A stretch of 64,000 nucleotides of DNA. Source: the human T2T-CHM13v2.0 reference genome, Homo sapiens. Location: assembly GCF_009914755.1 (NCBI RefSeq), contig NC_060934.1. One strand, given 5' to 3'. Position 1 is the first letter of the stretch. The number at the start of each line of letters is the position of its first letter. Both the position numbers and the translations under genes were made by a program. Below, piece after piece: positions 15,520 through 32,099 of this stretch. The notes beneath the pieces are model-generated. The model was not told the DNA's origin and did no database searches. It saw nothing but the letters and a program-made list of their open reading frames with translations.

Positions 15520-17368
15520 TCATCTAGAGAAATGCAATAAAAGCACTTGATAAAAAGTAGAAACTAAGAGTGGCAATAAAAAAGAATTTCCTAAATTGGA
15601 CAAAAATTCTATTGCAAAATATCATATTTAATGGTGAAATATCCAAAGTTTTCTCTCTGAAGTTACATGTGAGACAAGGATGGCTGCTGTCACAACTTCT
15701 ACATTTTACTGATGGTCCTGGCTAGTGCAGTAAGTCAAGAAAAAGACAAAAACACACACCATAATTAAAGAGAGAAATAAAACTGTATCTATTCACAGAT
15801 GACATGATGTGCATGGAGAAAATGCAAAAATGTGAATTTTCAGAATTAATAAATCAGTTTAGCAAGATCTGGATACAAAGTCTACATATAAAAATCAATT
15901 GTTCTCTTCAGAGCAGCAACAACAACAAAATCACAAAGTATAATGAAGTAACCATTTCCAGTAGCACCAAACAATAAAAGAAAACAACAACCAACAACAA
16001 ATATCTAGGAATTAATCTAATGAAAAATGTGTAAGGCTGTAGCAACGTGAGAAGTATAAACTATTATTGAGCAAAATTAAAGAATACCTAAATAATAGAA
16101 ATATATACCATGTTCATTGATTAGAAAATTTAATACTGTAAAGAGATCAAATCTCTCTCAAATTAATCTGTAGATTCAATGCAATTCCAATCCAAATTCC
16201 AGGAGGATTTTTATGGAAATTCACAATTTGATTCTTATATTTATATGAAAATGCAAAGAGTAAAATAACTAAGACAATCTTAAAGAAGAACAAAGTTAGA
16301 AGACTTAACGCTACTAAATAATAAGAGTTATTATATAGCTACAATAATCAAGAGAGCATAGTTTGGCACAAGAATAAACAAATAGTCCAACAGAAGAGAA
16401 TAAAGTCCAGAAACAGACCCACACATACAAGGTTAGTTGATTTATGTCAAAGATGATTGGCAGTGCAGTGCATTGGGGATAGACTAGCCTTTTAAATGAG
16501 TGGTACCTAAACAACTGAATATTCATATGGAAAAAAAATGAAACCTGACTTCTATCTCATAACATATGCAAAAAGCAATTCCAGATGGATCATAGATCTA
16601 AATGTGAAAATAAATCAGTAAAGCTTCTGGAAGAAAATGTAGAGAATACCTTCATGACTCAACATTAGGCAAAAATTTCTAAAGTAGGACACAAAAAGCA
16701 TTAATCATAAATAAGCTTATTCAGCTTAGTAAGTTGAACTACATTAAAATTAAGAAATGTTTGTTCACCAAAATATACTATTAGGGGATAAGAAGGCAAG
16801 CCTCAGAATGATGTAAGATATTTGCAATATATAAATCTGACGAAGGGCTCCTGACCAGAATATGCAAAGAACTCTTTACAAACCAATAAGAAGCAAAGAA
16901 CTCTTTACAAACCAATAAGAAGAAAGACAACCCAACAGAAAAACTGGGAAAGAAATGTGAATAAAATGTTTTACGAAAGAGGATACACAAATTACCAAAA
17001 AACATTGAAAAGGTGCTTGACCTCGGTGATCACCAAGAAAATGCATATTAAGCCATAAACACCTATCTAAAATGGTTGTTGGTGGGAGTGTAAATTGCTA
17101 CATCTACTTTGAAAACATATTTTGTTATTGCATATAAATTTAAAAGTAACTCATACCCTGTGACCAGGCATATACTCAGAATAATTATGTACATTTATTC
17201 AACAAAAGACACATCACAGCAACACTATTTGCAACAGCCCCAAACTGGAAACAACCCATATGTCCATTAACATAAGTAAATAATTAAATTGGGTCATAGT
17301 CATACTAGGGAACATTGTAATTACAATTATACACAACAATATGGATGAAACTTCCAAACACAATTTTG

Positions 17369-17558
17369 GTTTTTTATTTTTATTTTCATTTTGATTTTGT
17401 TTTATTTTGCATTTTATATATTATCCAGTTTCACATTCTCACAGAATCAGCAATGACAATAGCCATTCCCAAGTCTGAAATGGCAAGACAGTCACAGCTG
17501 CGGGTGTTGGTAAAGCACTGATAGGCTCACAAAACAAAAAACATGGCACCAATGCCAA
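17369..17558 (-). pseudogene. Short retroposed non-repeat fragment (probable mRNA 3' end) with decayed poly(A)
   Basis: Interrupts the L1 3' sequence; TSD ACAATTTTG at 17360-17368 and 17559-17567; T-rich tail at 17369-~17415. Confidence 0.65.
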
Positions 17559-17643
17559 ACAATTTTGAGTGAAAGGATTCAGACACAAATGGGTACATAC
17601 TCTTTGAGTCTACTTATATAAAGTCCAAAAAGAAGCAAAACCT

Positions 17644-17946
<303 letters not shown>

Positions 17947-18384
17947 TTATGGTGATAGAAATCAGAATAACGTTTATCTCTGTGGGTGTGGGTGACAGTT
18001 GGGGGCATAAGGAGGATGGGGAGAGTGCTCAGAGTGGTCTGTCTGTTGACCTGGTTGGTGTGTTTGGTTTATGAACATTGATTGAGTTGTGTATTTTGAT
18101 ATGTATGTTATTCCTCATTAATGAATGACCTCATGTATAATCATGTTGATTTAGCATGAGGGGAGGGGGAGGGTGTGGGGAACACCATGGGTAGCACAGG
18201 ATCTGAACATTTGCCCTACATCTTTGTCTGGCTGCATGATTTTGGCCATTTCTGCTTGTCTTGGACTCTTGGACTGGATCATGGGTCTCAATACCATGGA
18301 GCGTCATAGGTCTGTGGACCTCCTGAAACTGTAGGTAAAAGCCTGTGTGCCTGTGCATTTTTCTGGGGAGAGGGCCAGAGCTCT

Positions 18385-19227
18385 TTTTTTTTTTTTTTAA
18401 AGTAGATTTTATTTTTTTAGAACAGTCTTAGGTTCACAGCAAAATTGGGCAGAAGGCACAGAGATCTTTCACGTAACCCCTGCTTCCCACATGCATAGCC
18501 TCCCGCTTGATGAGCATCCTTCCCCAGAGTGGAGCATCTGTTATGATGAAGCTACACTGACATGATTATCACCCAAAGGCCATAGTTCATGTTAGGGCTC
18601 ACTCTTGGAGTTGCCCATTCTACGGGTTTGGACATGTGTAATGACATGTATCCACCATTACAGTAGACAGAGTAGTTTCAGTGCTCCCTAAAATCCTCTG
18701 AGCTCCACCTATTCATCCCTCCCTCCCTGTAACCCCTGGCAACCACTGATTTTTTTCACTGCCTTCATAGTTTTGCCTTTTCCGGGTTCATATTGTTGGA
18801 ATCATATCGCATGTAACCTTTTCAGATTGGCTTCTTGCACTAAGCAATTTGCCTTTGAGGAATCTCCATGTCTTTGGTGGCTTGATCGTTCATTTCTTTT
18901 TAGTGCTGAATAATATGCCATTGTCTGGATATACCCCAGTTTATTTTTCCATTTACCTACTGAAAGTCATCATGATTGAGTCCAGGTTTTGGCGATGATG
19001 AAGAAAGTTGCTATAAACATCCATGTGCAGGTTTTTGTGTGGACATAAGTTTTCAGCTCATTTGGGTAAATACTAAGGAGTGTGATTGCTGGATCCTATG
19101 GTAAGAGTATGTTTACTTTTATGGGAAACTGAAAGTCTTCCAAAGTGGCTGCATTCTTTTGCATTCCCACCAGCAACGAATGCGAGTTCTTGTTCCACAT
19201 CCCTGCTAGCATTTGGTGTTGTCAGTG
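18385..19227 (-). mobile_element. L1MC1-like 3' fragment
   Basis: Poly-T then TTTAGAACAGT.TTAGGTTCACAGCAAAATTG..CAGAAGG.ACAGAGAT, the antisense 3'UTR. Confidence 0.8.
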
Positions 19228-20285
19228 CATAATTTTTTACCAAATTATTTAAGGTGTCTGGAACTGAAAGAGTTTAAGAGCCACTCAACGGGTGATCTCC
19301 AAGGTGCCTACAGCTCTGCCTGCCACAGTTTTCCGGGCCATAGGCAATCTGGTGAAGGGCATATTTTACACTGGGTAGCACTGGGTTGAAGGTCAGCATG
19401 GAGTTAAAATAGTCTGTGGCAGACAGTGAGGGTGGTAAGTGGGGTGTTGGAAGGAAGGAAAAATGGGACCGCTCCTCTGTCTGCAACTGCTAGGTTATGG
19501 CATCAGGGAACACAAAGAGAGACAAACTGTTCTGGCACAAAATTTTTACAACTAGGATTTCTTTTTCCTGACTCCATCTCCCCGCTCCTCCCCTTGCAAG
19601 AGGAATTTCCAGTTTCTGTCATGTACAGCTTTGGGGGCACCATGAAGTTGTCACAATGGATCAAGTCATCCATAAACAATAGAGACAATAGGGACAGCAA
19701 GGCTGCATCCTAAAAGGGCATCTTTTCTCTTAAGAAACAGGGCGCACTAACCATTAATATCAGGAAGAATGAGAAGCAAGTTGCTGAGGCCAGGACTTGG
19801 CCTGAGGATTGGCAGAAGCCTTTCCTTCTGCATGAGACATGAAGTGATGTGACTTTTTGGTGGTGAGAATCTTGTCATAGATGATGGATAAATACATTTT
19901 GTTAATACAGATTCATGGCACCATTTTAGAAGGTTTCATTTTTGCATGGTTAATGTGGTAATTTCTAAACGAAACAGGTTCACAGGGCTGTGTCAGGGAG
20001 GTGCAGCCCACTTTTTGCAGTGAGTGAGCTGGGGGAGGTGACCCACTCTGTCCACAAAGGCATCTGGCTGTGGCCACGGTGACCCCTCTCTGCTGGGTAA
20101 TCCTTCAGACCCTTCTCCTCCTCAGTACTGCAAAGGGCTTTTCATTGAGTTGTATAAGGAGAAAAAAGGTTTTGGAGGGTTTGAGCCCACCGCTCCCTAA
20201 GCCCCCTTAATAACTGGGTGAACTTGAGCAGATTGGTGAAGTCCTCTCCACCTCGACTTCCTCATCTGTAAAATGATCCAGGATG

Positions 20286-20873
<588 letters not shown>

Positions 20874-21889
20874 CTATTTCGGAATTCGGGAACTGCCCGG
20901 AGCACCCAGAGCTGGGTGTGGAAGGATGCAGCGGGAGGTGGGAATGTCAAAGGCAGATCACAGGGATCTTCCGTTTGTTGAGCTAGACAGGCATTTCAAG
21001 TGAGGTCCAAAATGTTCCATTCACTCACCGGGATGGTTCTCTCTTGCTAACGAGCCAGCAATACCCAGGATGGGACAGGTTGATGCCCAGGGCACCTCTC
21101 TGAGGACAGGGCATGATGCCTCTGCTCCTCTCACTCATTTCATTCTAAAGCCAAAGCAAAGGCTAAATTAAACTGTGAAGGCAAATATACACAGAGAAAA
21201 CCACCGAGTTAAAAACATAAGGGGGTGGGATTGAGTTGTTAATCATATCACAGCATTTAAAAAAGAATAGACTGAGTTTTCCAATGAAACGATGACTCCA
21301 GCATATAAATTAATCTTTTGTATAGGAAAAAATGAAAGCCATTAAATGTCATTGTCTTATTTTAAAAGCAGCAATATCCTGCCTGATTGCAAGTGCTTAG
21401 AGGAGGGTGATTAAACAGAAACCTTATCTTCGCTGTGGCAAGGAGAAAATTGGAGAAAAGTTATCCAATTATGGATGATAAGCAGAGAAAAAAATCTGAG
21501 AAGAGGCAAACTTGGGGTGGCAGATTGTACAAGAACACGTTCCCCTTGGTTCTGTGATGTATGATGTATTCATGATGTATTCATCCGGAAACATACTCAG
21601 TCACAAAAGTTGCAGCAGCATTTCCACAAGCTGCTGAACGCCGAGTATTTGTGACTTCTTTCTTTTTCTTTCATGTTTTTCCTCCCAAGTTCCTATTTTG
21701 GTAGATAACTGCTATTTTGTTATATATCCTTATAGAGTAAAGGAATGATTTTCAAGCTAGCCATGGGAATATGAGCACATTATCCATTGTGCCTGAAACA
21801 CAGTCTCCTTATCTGTAGGCTGGATCAGTCACCTCCTAACAGGCATTATTGGTGAGCTTGGGCAGAGAGGGCTAAATGACATCATGTAC

Positions 21890-22071
21890 ACCAGGGCTTC
21901 CTGCCCTCACACTATTGATCTTCTGGGCTGTTCATAGTAGAATGTTTCAGCAGCATCCTTGGTCTACCCACGCACCCCTGTTTCTCCTGCCCAGTTGTGA
22001 CAACACAAAATGTCTTCAAAATTGTCAAATATCCCCTTAGGACAAAAATCATCCCTGGTTGAGAATCACTG
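21890..22071. mobile_element. MER20 hAT-Charlie MITE
   Basis: GCAGCATCC.TGG.CT...CCCAGTTGTGACAAC...AAAATGTC...TCCC.TGGTTGAGAA.CACTG. Confidence 0.8.
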
Positions 22072-22754
22072 GAATAGTGAGAACATCTGGCTTTGCACTT
22101 AGCAGAGTCCACACTCAATCAATAGGAGCTATGATTCTTACTCTTGTTAGTGCCATCAGAATCTTCTAACAGCTGCTTTTAATCCTAATGTTGTTGCTAA
22201 ATGTACCCAATGCATAGTGATTTAGGAATTATCTTCAGATTTCTTTCATTTTTTAAAACCATGTCAAAGTATTAATTTCTAACTTGGATAATTATGATTC
22301 TGGTAAAATAAGATTTTTTTTCCTCCAAAGGAATACATGTTTTTCCTAAATTTTAAATTAAAATTTTGGATTCTATATTTTCCCAGTGAAGAAAATGACA
22401 GGGCAAGCATCATCTCAGAAGTGAACTTCACACACCACACCTAGTACGATAAAGACTTACAGAGCAATTACCACATAAAAGGCATCATGTTGTATGGCAC
22501 TGTTCTATGAGGATATGTATTTTATTAGGTGCAATCATATGAATGCATACTGCAAATAACTATAAGCTCTATTAGATGGATATGAAAATGTGATGAAGGC
22601 CATATAGGTACATCCTACAAAGATAGGGACAGAGCCACTTCTCCAAATATTTACATTTATTTAACGAGTTGGGATTCTATATCCTGGAGGAAAAAGGAAT
22701 TTAAAAACAATTACCATTCCACTTAGATAATTTCCATATCCCTTAGGCAAGTGG

Positions 22755-23053
<299 letters not shown>

Positions 23054-23169
23054 ACTTAGACAAGACTTTTATATCACCAAAGGAGAGGTTAGGGGAGGAG
23101 GAAACAGTTTCATCACAGTCAGTCCATGCTGACCATAGCCCCGTTTGGGCCAACATAGAGAAAGTATCT

Positions 23170-23610
23170 GGATGAGTTTCCCAGGGATGCCCCAACCAAT
23201 GACCAGAAACTTGCTGGCTTAAAACAGCAGAAATGTATTTTCTCGCAGTCTAGTGGCCAGAAGTTTGAAATCAAGTTGTCAGCGGGGCTGCACTCCCTCC
23301 AAAGCCTCCAGCGGGGGATCCTTCCTTGCCTCTTCCAGCCTCTGGTGGCTCCAGGCATCCAGGCTCATGGCTGCATCCCTCCAATCTGTGCCTCAGTCTT
23401 CTCATGAGCTTCTCCCTGTGTCTCTGTGTCTTCTCCTTTTCCTGTCTCTTACATCGGATTTAGGGTCCACCCTCATCTTGGATGATCTCACCTCAAGGTC
23501 CTTACCTTAATTACATCTGTGAAGACCTTTATTCCAAATAAGGTCACATTCTGACATCCCAGGTGGACATATCTTTTGGGGGACACATTGCAATTTACAA
23601 TTCACTACAG
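23170..23610 (-). mobile_element. MaLR LTR (MLT1B/C-like)
   Basis: GGCTTAAAACA.CAGAAAT.TATT...TTCCAAATAAGGTCACATTC...ACTACA. Confidence 0.8.
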
Positions 23611-23847
23611 CAAACTTTTCCCAGGTGAAGCTTTTGAAGATGAAGCTGGGTGGCAGATCACCAATAACAAATCGTTGAACAGTAACTCTCAGCGAATGGA
23701 GGAGGTCTTTCTCCCCTCTCCAAGCCTTCAGATTTCCCCTGAGAACTGAGGGCCCGCAGGTGAAACAGATGAAGAATAGGCAAGCACTTCACACCCTTCC
23801 TTTGGTTAATCTCTTCATGCACCTTTAACCGTGAACAAGGAACCCTT

Positions 23848-25645
<1,798 letters not shown>

Positions 25646-26124
25646 CAAGGAACCCTTAGCTGTTGGTTCCAGCTCCATTAGAAATGTCAGCAGAATGCCC
25701 TGCTGCTCCCAGGCCCTGCTGTGCCAAGGTAGGCTAGAGAGAAAACATTCTTCTTGAAATTCAAGCACTTCTAAATTTACTAATGGTGGCTAATGAACTA
25801 ATCAAGATGGAAACTTTAAAAATAAACAGTTAACCTTGAAACTAGAAATATAAACAGAACTTGCGGTTTTGTTTTCCACTGCTTTGAATGTTTAATGTTT
25901 GATCTGTGGCAGTGGAGGCCTCCTCGTAAGCACTTCTGTCTTTGTGGGTGGCTCTTTATTGGAAATTCTCTGTTTTCTGCATGAGGTCCCCTTCCAAGTA
26001 AGATAATTTTTAGCATTGTATAAATTAAATTAAAATGGAACTCTTCCCTTTTAGCCAAAAGCTTTCAATTTATCTTCAGTTATAAACTGGACATCACTGT
26101 TTCACCCATATCCCTTCTTCCTGC

Positions 26125-26520
26125 TTTCATCCATCCATCCATCTGTCCATCATCCATCCAACTGTCCTCCCATCGTGTCTCCTCCCTCCCTTCATCTACT
26201 GTCCATCATATCTCCTCCCTTCTATCATCTATCCATCCATCCAACTGTCCATGTATCCATGTTTGCTCCCTGCTATCCCTCCCTTCTCTTCTCTCTTCCC
26301 TTTCACCCTACTTTCCCTTTCCCCTCCCTTTATCCAACTCTCCATCTATCCATGTTTGCTCCCTTCCATCCATCCCTTTATCCATCCATTCCTTCCTCCC
26401 TCCCTTCATCCAATCACCTATTCATCCATGTTTCCTCTCTCCTTCACTCCCTTCTTCTGTCCAGCCATCCATTCATTCACGTTTCTTTCCTTCCATCAAT
26501 CTATCCATTCATCCATTCAT
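26125..26520. repeat. (TCCA)n / CT-rich low-complexity tract
   Basis: Degenerate TCCA/TCCC/TTCA repeats. Confidence 0.9.
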
Positions 26521-26887
26521 ATAATACAAAAATTTAACAGTCCCCTACTGTATGTCAGGCATGGTTCTAGGAGGCTCTGAGGATACAGTGGCAAAAAAAG
26601 CAGACAAGCAGGGGCAGGCCCAGGTTTTTGTGACCCAAAGCTTATGCAATTTGGGGGGACCCTCTTTAAAAGAATAAAATCACAAATACAAACTGCTGAG
26701 GCTTTCCTGCTGCCTTGGAGTGGGCCTATGTAAGTGAGGAGCCCTGAAACGTACACTTCATTGACTTCTTAGCAAATCTTCCTTTCAGGTGTGGCCCCTT
26801 CTCTCTCGGAGCTCATGTTCTTATGCCACTGATGAGAGCTGGGGCTCTCTGCCAGGCAGGAATTGGGGTAAAACTGGTTTGACTCCC

Positions 26888-27190
26888 TGATATGGTTTGG
26901 TTATGTCCCCATCCAAATCTCACCTTGGATTGTAATAATCCCCACGTGTCAAGGGTGGGACCAGGTGGAGATAATTGAATCACAGGGGTGGTTCCCTCCA
27001 TGCTGTTCTCGTGATAGTGAGTGAGTTCTCACAAGATCTGATGGTTTTATAAGAGGCTTTCCCCCCTTTGATCAGCACTTCTCCTTCCTGCTGCCATGTG
27101 AAGACAGATGTGTTGGCTTCCCTTTCCACCATGATTGTAAGTTTTCTGAGGCCTTCCCAGCCATGCTGAACTGTGAGTCAATTAAACCTC
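26888..27190 (+). mobile_element. THE1C-like MaLR LTR lacking its 3' end
   Basis: TGATATGGTTTGG...CCAAATCTCACCTT...GAACTGTGAGTCAATTAAACCTC, then abrupt switch to a different sequence. Confidence 0.9.
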
Positions 27191-27578
27191 AAAAGTAGGT
27201 GAGCTGACAGTGCAGCCTTCAGTCTGTGGCCAAAGGGCCAAGAGCCCCTGGCAAATCACTGGTTAAGTCTAAGAGTCCAAAAGCTGAAGAACTTGGAGTC
27301 TGATGTTCAAGGGCAGGAAGCATCCAGCATAGGAGAAAGATGAAGGCCAGAAGACTCAGCAAGAGCAAGTCTCCTCATTCCACTTTCTTCTGCCTGCCTT
27401 ATTCTAGCCACTCTGGCAGCTGATTAGATGGTGCCCACCCAAATTGGGGGTGGGTCTGCCTCTCCCAGTCCACTGACTCAAATGTTAATCTCTTTCGGCA
27501 ACACCCACGCAGATACACCCAGGAACAATAATTTGCATCCTTCAATCCAATCAAGTTGACACAATATTAATCATTACA
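27184..27578 (-). mobile_element. MLT2A2-like HERV-L LTR lacking its 3' end
   Basis: Reverse complement reads TGTAATGATTAAT...GTGTCAACTTGATTGGATTGAAGGATGCAAA...CACAGACTGAAGGCTGCACTGTC...CTACTTTTGAGGTTT. Confidence 0.88.
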
Positions 27579-28374
27579 CTCCCAATGATCATAGCCTATG
27601 GGAATCTGGAGTCTCCCCTTCAAGCCCCCTTCTTCATGCCCCCATCCAAATCTGCATAAGATGTTTCAGTTTTTTTCCCATCACCTGTACACATAGTTTC
27701 ACCCCCTTCATTGGTTTCCATCAAAGATCTATTTGCACCAGCACTTTATGAGTATGGTGACCTTACTGAAGCTTCTAAAACCTCTACATTGTGCTTTACG
27801 CAGCTTTTGGCCACTTCCCCGCCTCCCCCAATTCCTCCTCTTCTTTTCCTGCTCCTTCAGTTCTCCCTGTAGAGGGCAGCTTCATGTCCCTCAGGCCTCT
27901 GGGATCTTTGCTTCTGTTCCAGGTGGATCTGCCCATTAATTTTTCCTCATCAAGATGGGAGTCCCTTTGAAATTCACACGCAAGCTGCAGAAGAATGTTT
28001 TGTCCATCTCTTTACACTGGGTTAATATTAAGATCATTCTGCTAGGGTGAGACTTGGCCAAGAAAGACGAGCTCTGTTTTGGGTACATCTTAGCTTTCCC
28101 ATCCATAAGAACACAGGTGAAACTGTGTTCAACATGTGAGGGAGCAACACAGGTGAAAGTGTGAGATGAATACCCTGTGGTATGTGAGGTCTCTTGGGGA
28201 GTCCACGGCAGGTTAGCCTCACAAGCAATAAAAGGCCCCTCATTTCTGATGCTTCTCTTATCTCAGTGCCCAGCAAGCTGACGCTTCTCAGGCTTATCTT
28301 CTGCCCTCCCTGAAACTGTAATTCTCCGATCGCCTGCTCTTTTCCAGTCGGGATGTTTAGAAGGGTCTGATTCA

Positions 28375-29011
<637 letters not shown>

Positions 29012-29959
29012 TCATCTGTGCTCCATTTTGCTTGTGTTTTGTTTTGTTTTGTTTTTGCCATTGTGCTGGAATCTTCCAACTCTGCTGGGGCAGGACTGTT
29101 CTTTGTTTGAAGCACACCGTCATCCCAGGGCCATGTAGCAATGTCTATGTGGCATTATATAAAGAACAGCAGATATAACCATCAAAACTTGGCTCCTAAA
29201 TAGCACTTTTCATCATCAAAGCGCTTTGAAAATATGGACTAATTAATGCACAAGACAGAAGGTCACAGTCAATAAGTCTATTTTAAGCAAAGCAGCCATG
29301 ATGCTTCAGGGTGGGAATCCTTGGTGAGTCTGCAGATGCTGTTCAGTTGGCCTGGCCCAGTGGCTGCTTGATGGGCTCTGGGAGTTCATGGGAGTCTGTG
29401 GGAGCAAGCCCTGATGGCCACTGGGCAAATCCAGTGACTCTGTCCACCACGCCCCAGATGGGAACCCTATAACTGTCTGCTTTGATTGCCAAGGCAGGAT
29501 ATTTTTTTCATCCCCTGCAGCAAAAATTTGGAGGTCCCAAATGGAACCCAAGGAATGGAGCGAATGTGAGTGGTTCCAGATTGCCACCAAACCATACAAC
29601 CCAGTTTGAAACTCACCCAAGAGGCAGCTCCCCTGACCACACTCCCAGGTGGGCCCAGCTGGAGGAGACCTATTTCTTTTTACCTTGATTTACCTGCCAT
29701 GGTCATGATCTTGCTGACTTGCCATCTGGATTGAGCTCAAATATCTTCCAGTTGCCTTGAATGACAATTACAGAATGGCAGATGTGTGGCCTTGGAGCCT
29801 ACGATGAAGACTCACTATGAGCATCTCTTCTTTCCAGCCAGGGTGGGGATGGAGGGCTGATGGTCCCATGGCCAGGATGTGAGGGGAGGGCCTTGAGCCT
29901 CACTGTGGCAACTGAGCTTCTCCTTCTGTAACTAATTCAGTATTCTTGTAATCTGGACT

Positions 29960-30256
29960 TTTTATTTTTCTTTTGAGGCTAGGTCTCACTCTGTGGCCCA
30001 GGCTAGAGTGCAGTGGCATGATCATAGCTCACTGCAGCCTTGACCTCGCCAGGCTCAGGTGATCCCTCCCACCTTTAGCCTCCCGAGTAGCTGGGACTAC
30101 AGGCACACCAGCACACCCGGCTGATTTTTCTGTTTTTAATAGAGATAGGGTTTTTCCATGTTGCCCAGGCTGGTCTGGAACGCCTGGGCTCAAGTGATCT
30201 GCTCACCTCAGCCTCCCAAAGTGCCGGGTTATAAGTGCGAACCACCGTGCCCAGCC
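29960..30256 (-). mobile_element. AluJ
   Basis: Antisense Alu; TSD TGGACTTTT. Confidence 0.9.
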
Positions 30257-32099
30257 TGGACTTTTAAGAATAATTTTATTACAAAATTTAAAAAAGCGTA
30301 CCCAGAATCCAATGTTGTAAAAAGCCCCTGATCTCCTACTGATGCTAATTTCTAGGCGTTTGCTGTGCTCCCATACACAAGTCAAGACCTGAAAAGAACC
30401 ATTAAAATATTTAGAAACATTCAACATCATTCAACATCAGAGGCCTTCAAATCTGACTGTATGTGGTAGCCTCTCCAAGAGCTACAACCTGCATTTTAAA
30501 GAAAGTATTTTCTCTGCAAAGACATATGAGCTAGATAAAAATCTGTGCAGTTTTGATACTGAGGTTATCACCGATATTGCAAATCTGCCTTTCTCAGGTC
30601 TCGCTCTTGCACACACCACATTGCAGCAAAACACAGTTATGAACATGGGTCTGTCTGCCTGGACTGTTCTGTGGTCTCATCCCTCTCTCAGCACCCAGCC
30701 AAAGTCCACATCCGTGAGAAAAGCTTCCCCAATCTCTGCAGTCAGATGTCCCTGTGGCATCCTCTGACTCCCTAAATTTGCTCCCCACCAATCCCGGCAC
30801 TTGCCACTGCCCTCTAGAGTGGGGTAATTTACACTCACTTGCTGGCTCTTTCTGGAGTGGAAGCTTCTTGAGGGCCGAGGCTGGTCTCCCTCACGCCCCA
30901 GCCCCTCACATAGGAAGGCCCAGGAGGGACACAGGCATTGTGAACCGCGCTGTCCTCTGCCCAGTTTCTGCCTCCGCTTGTGCTCACCCACCCAGCTGGT
31001 GGCTCAGATGCCTGGGGCCATTCTATCTCACCGGTCCAGAGGGTGAGCTATCGTTTCCATGACAACCCCTTCCCACGTGGGTATTTGAGGTCACGTCTGC
31101 ACAAAGGCCCGAGCAAGCCTGCAACATTGACATATATGCTTTCTGTGTCTGTGACATTGCCCAGTATTATTGCTATAACATCCCAAAGTGTATCTGCTGG
31201 TGCCCCAGCTAAAGCCACTTCTGCTGTTTTCTGACCTCTAAATGCAATTTTAGAGGGTCTTTTTATAATAATTTATTGTGCCTCCCTTTCTAGAAAGTGA
31301 AAGTGTGGCCCTTTAAATATATCTTTTATTTTAAAAATGTTTTTAAGGAATCAGAAAAGTAAACATAGGTTGACACCTCCCTGTCTTACAAGGTGAGTAA
31401 ATGGAATCGAATTCTACCTTCTAAATAATGGTTCTGGGTTTTCTCAGTGATCACCTACTAATATGTGGAGCTGTGATGGAACAGGGCTCTCTACTGTTGC
31501 TGAAGGAAGCCTCAGTTTCCCCTTTACGTCACGTCAGTCCTGTCCCCACCTCTGCCAGCCTCTCACCTACTTACCAAGGGCATGCTCTCATTCCTTTTCA
31601 TCTTCGCCTATCTGACTGTTGCAAAGAGTATCTGCATACCTTTAGAAGTGTATTTACATAAAACAAACACGTCCTTAAATTGAGGTTGCCGTCTTCAGCT
31701 TTAAACATTTCTTTTTAACATCAGTGCGTGATGTTCTACTCCTTGACTGTAGGTTTGGGCTTACCAATTTCTGTGTATGGTTTTCTTCAAAAGGGGAAAA
31801 TTCATGGCTGTGTTTATACATTTAGACGATGGCTTTCAAAAGGATATAAATTATGCAAATCTCTTAAAAGTCCTCTGATCTGAAAGTCAACTTGAGTTCT
31901 TACCCATTACTCATCTCCTATCTCCCCATGATCCCTGCTCCAGTGAGCAGCCCTGGCCCCCCTCTCTCTTTGAACATGTCAAGCTTGTTCCTCCCTCCGG
32001 GGCTCTTTTCCCCCACTTGGTTCTCAGAACACGGCTTGGCATCAAGTAGGTATTCAGGAGCTATTTGCTAAGTGAAAAGTGAATTTCACAGATTTTGGA

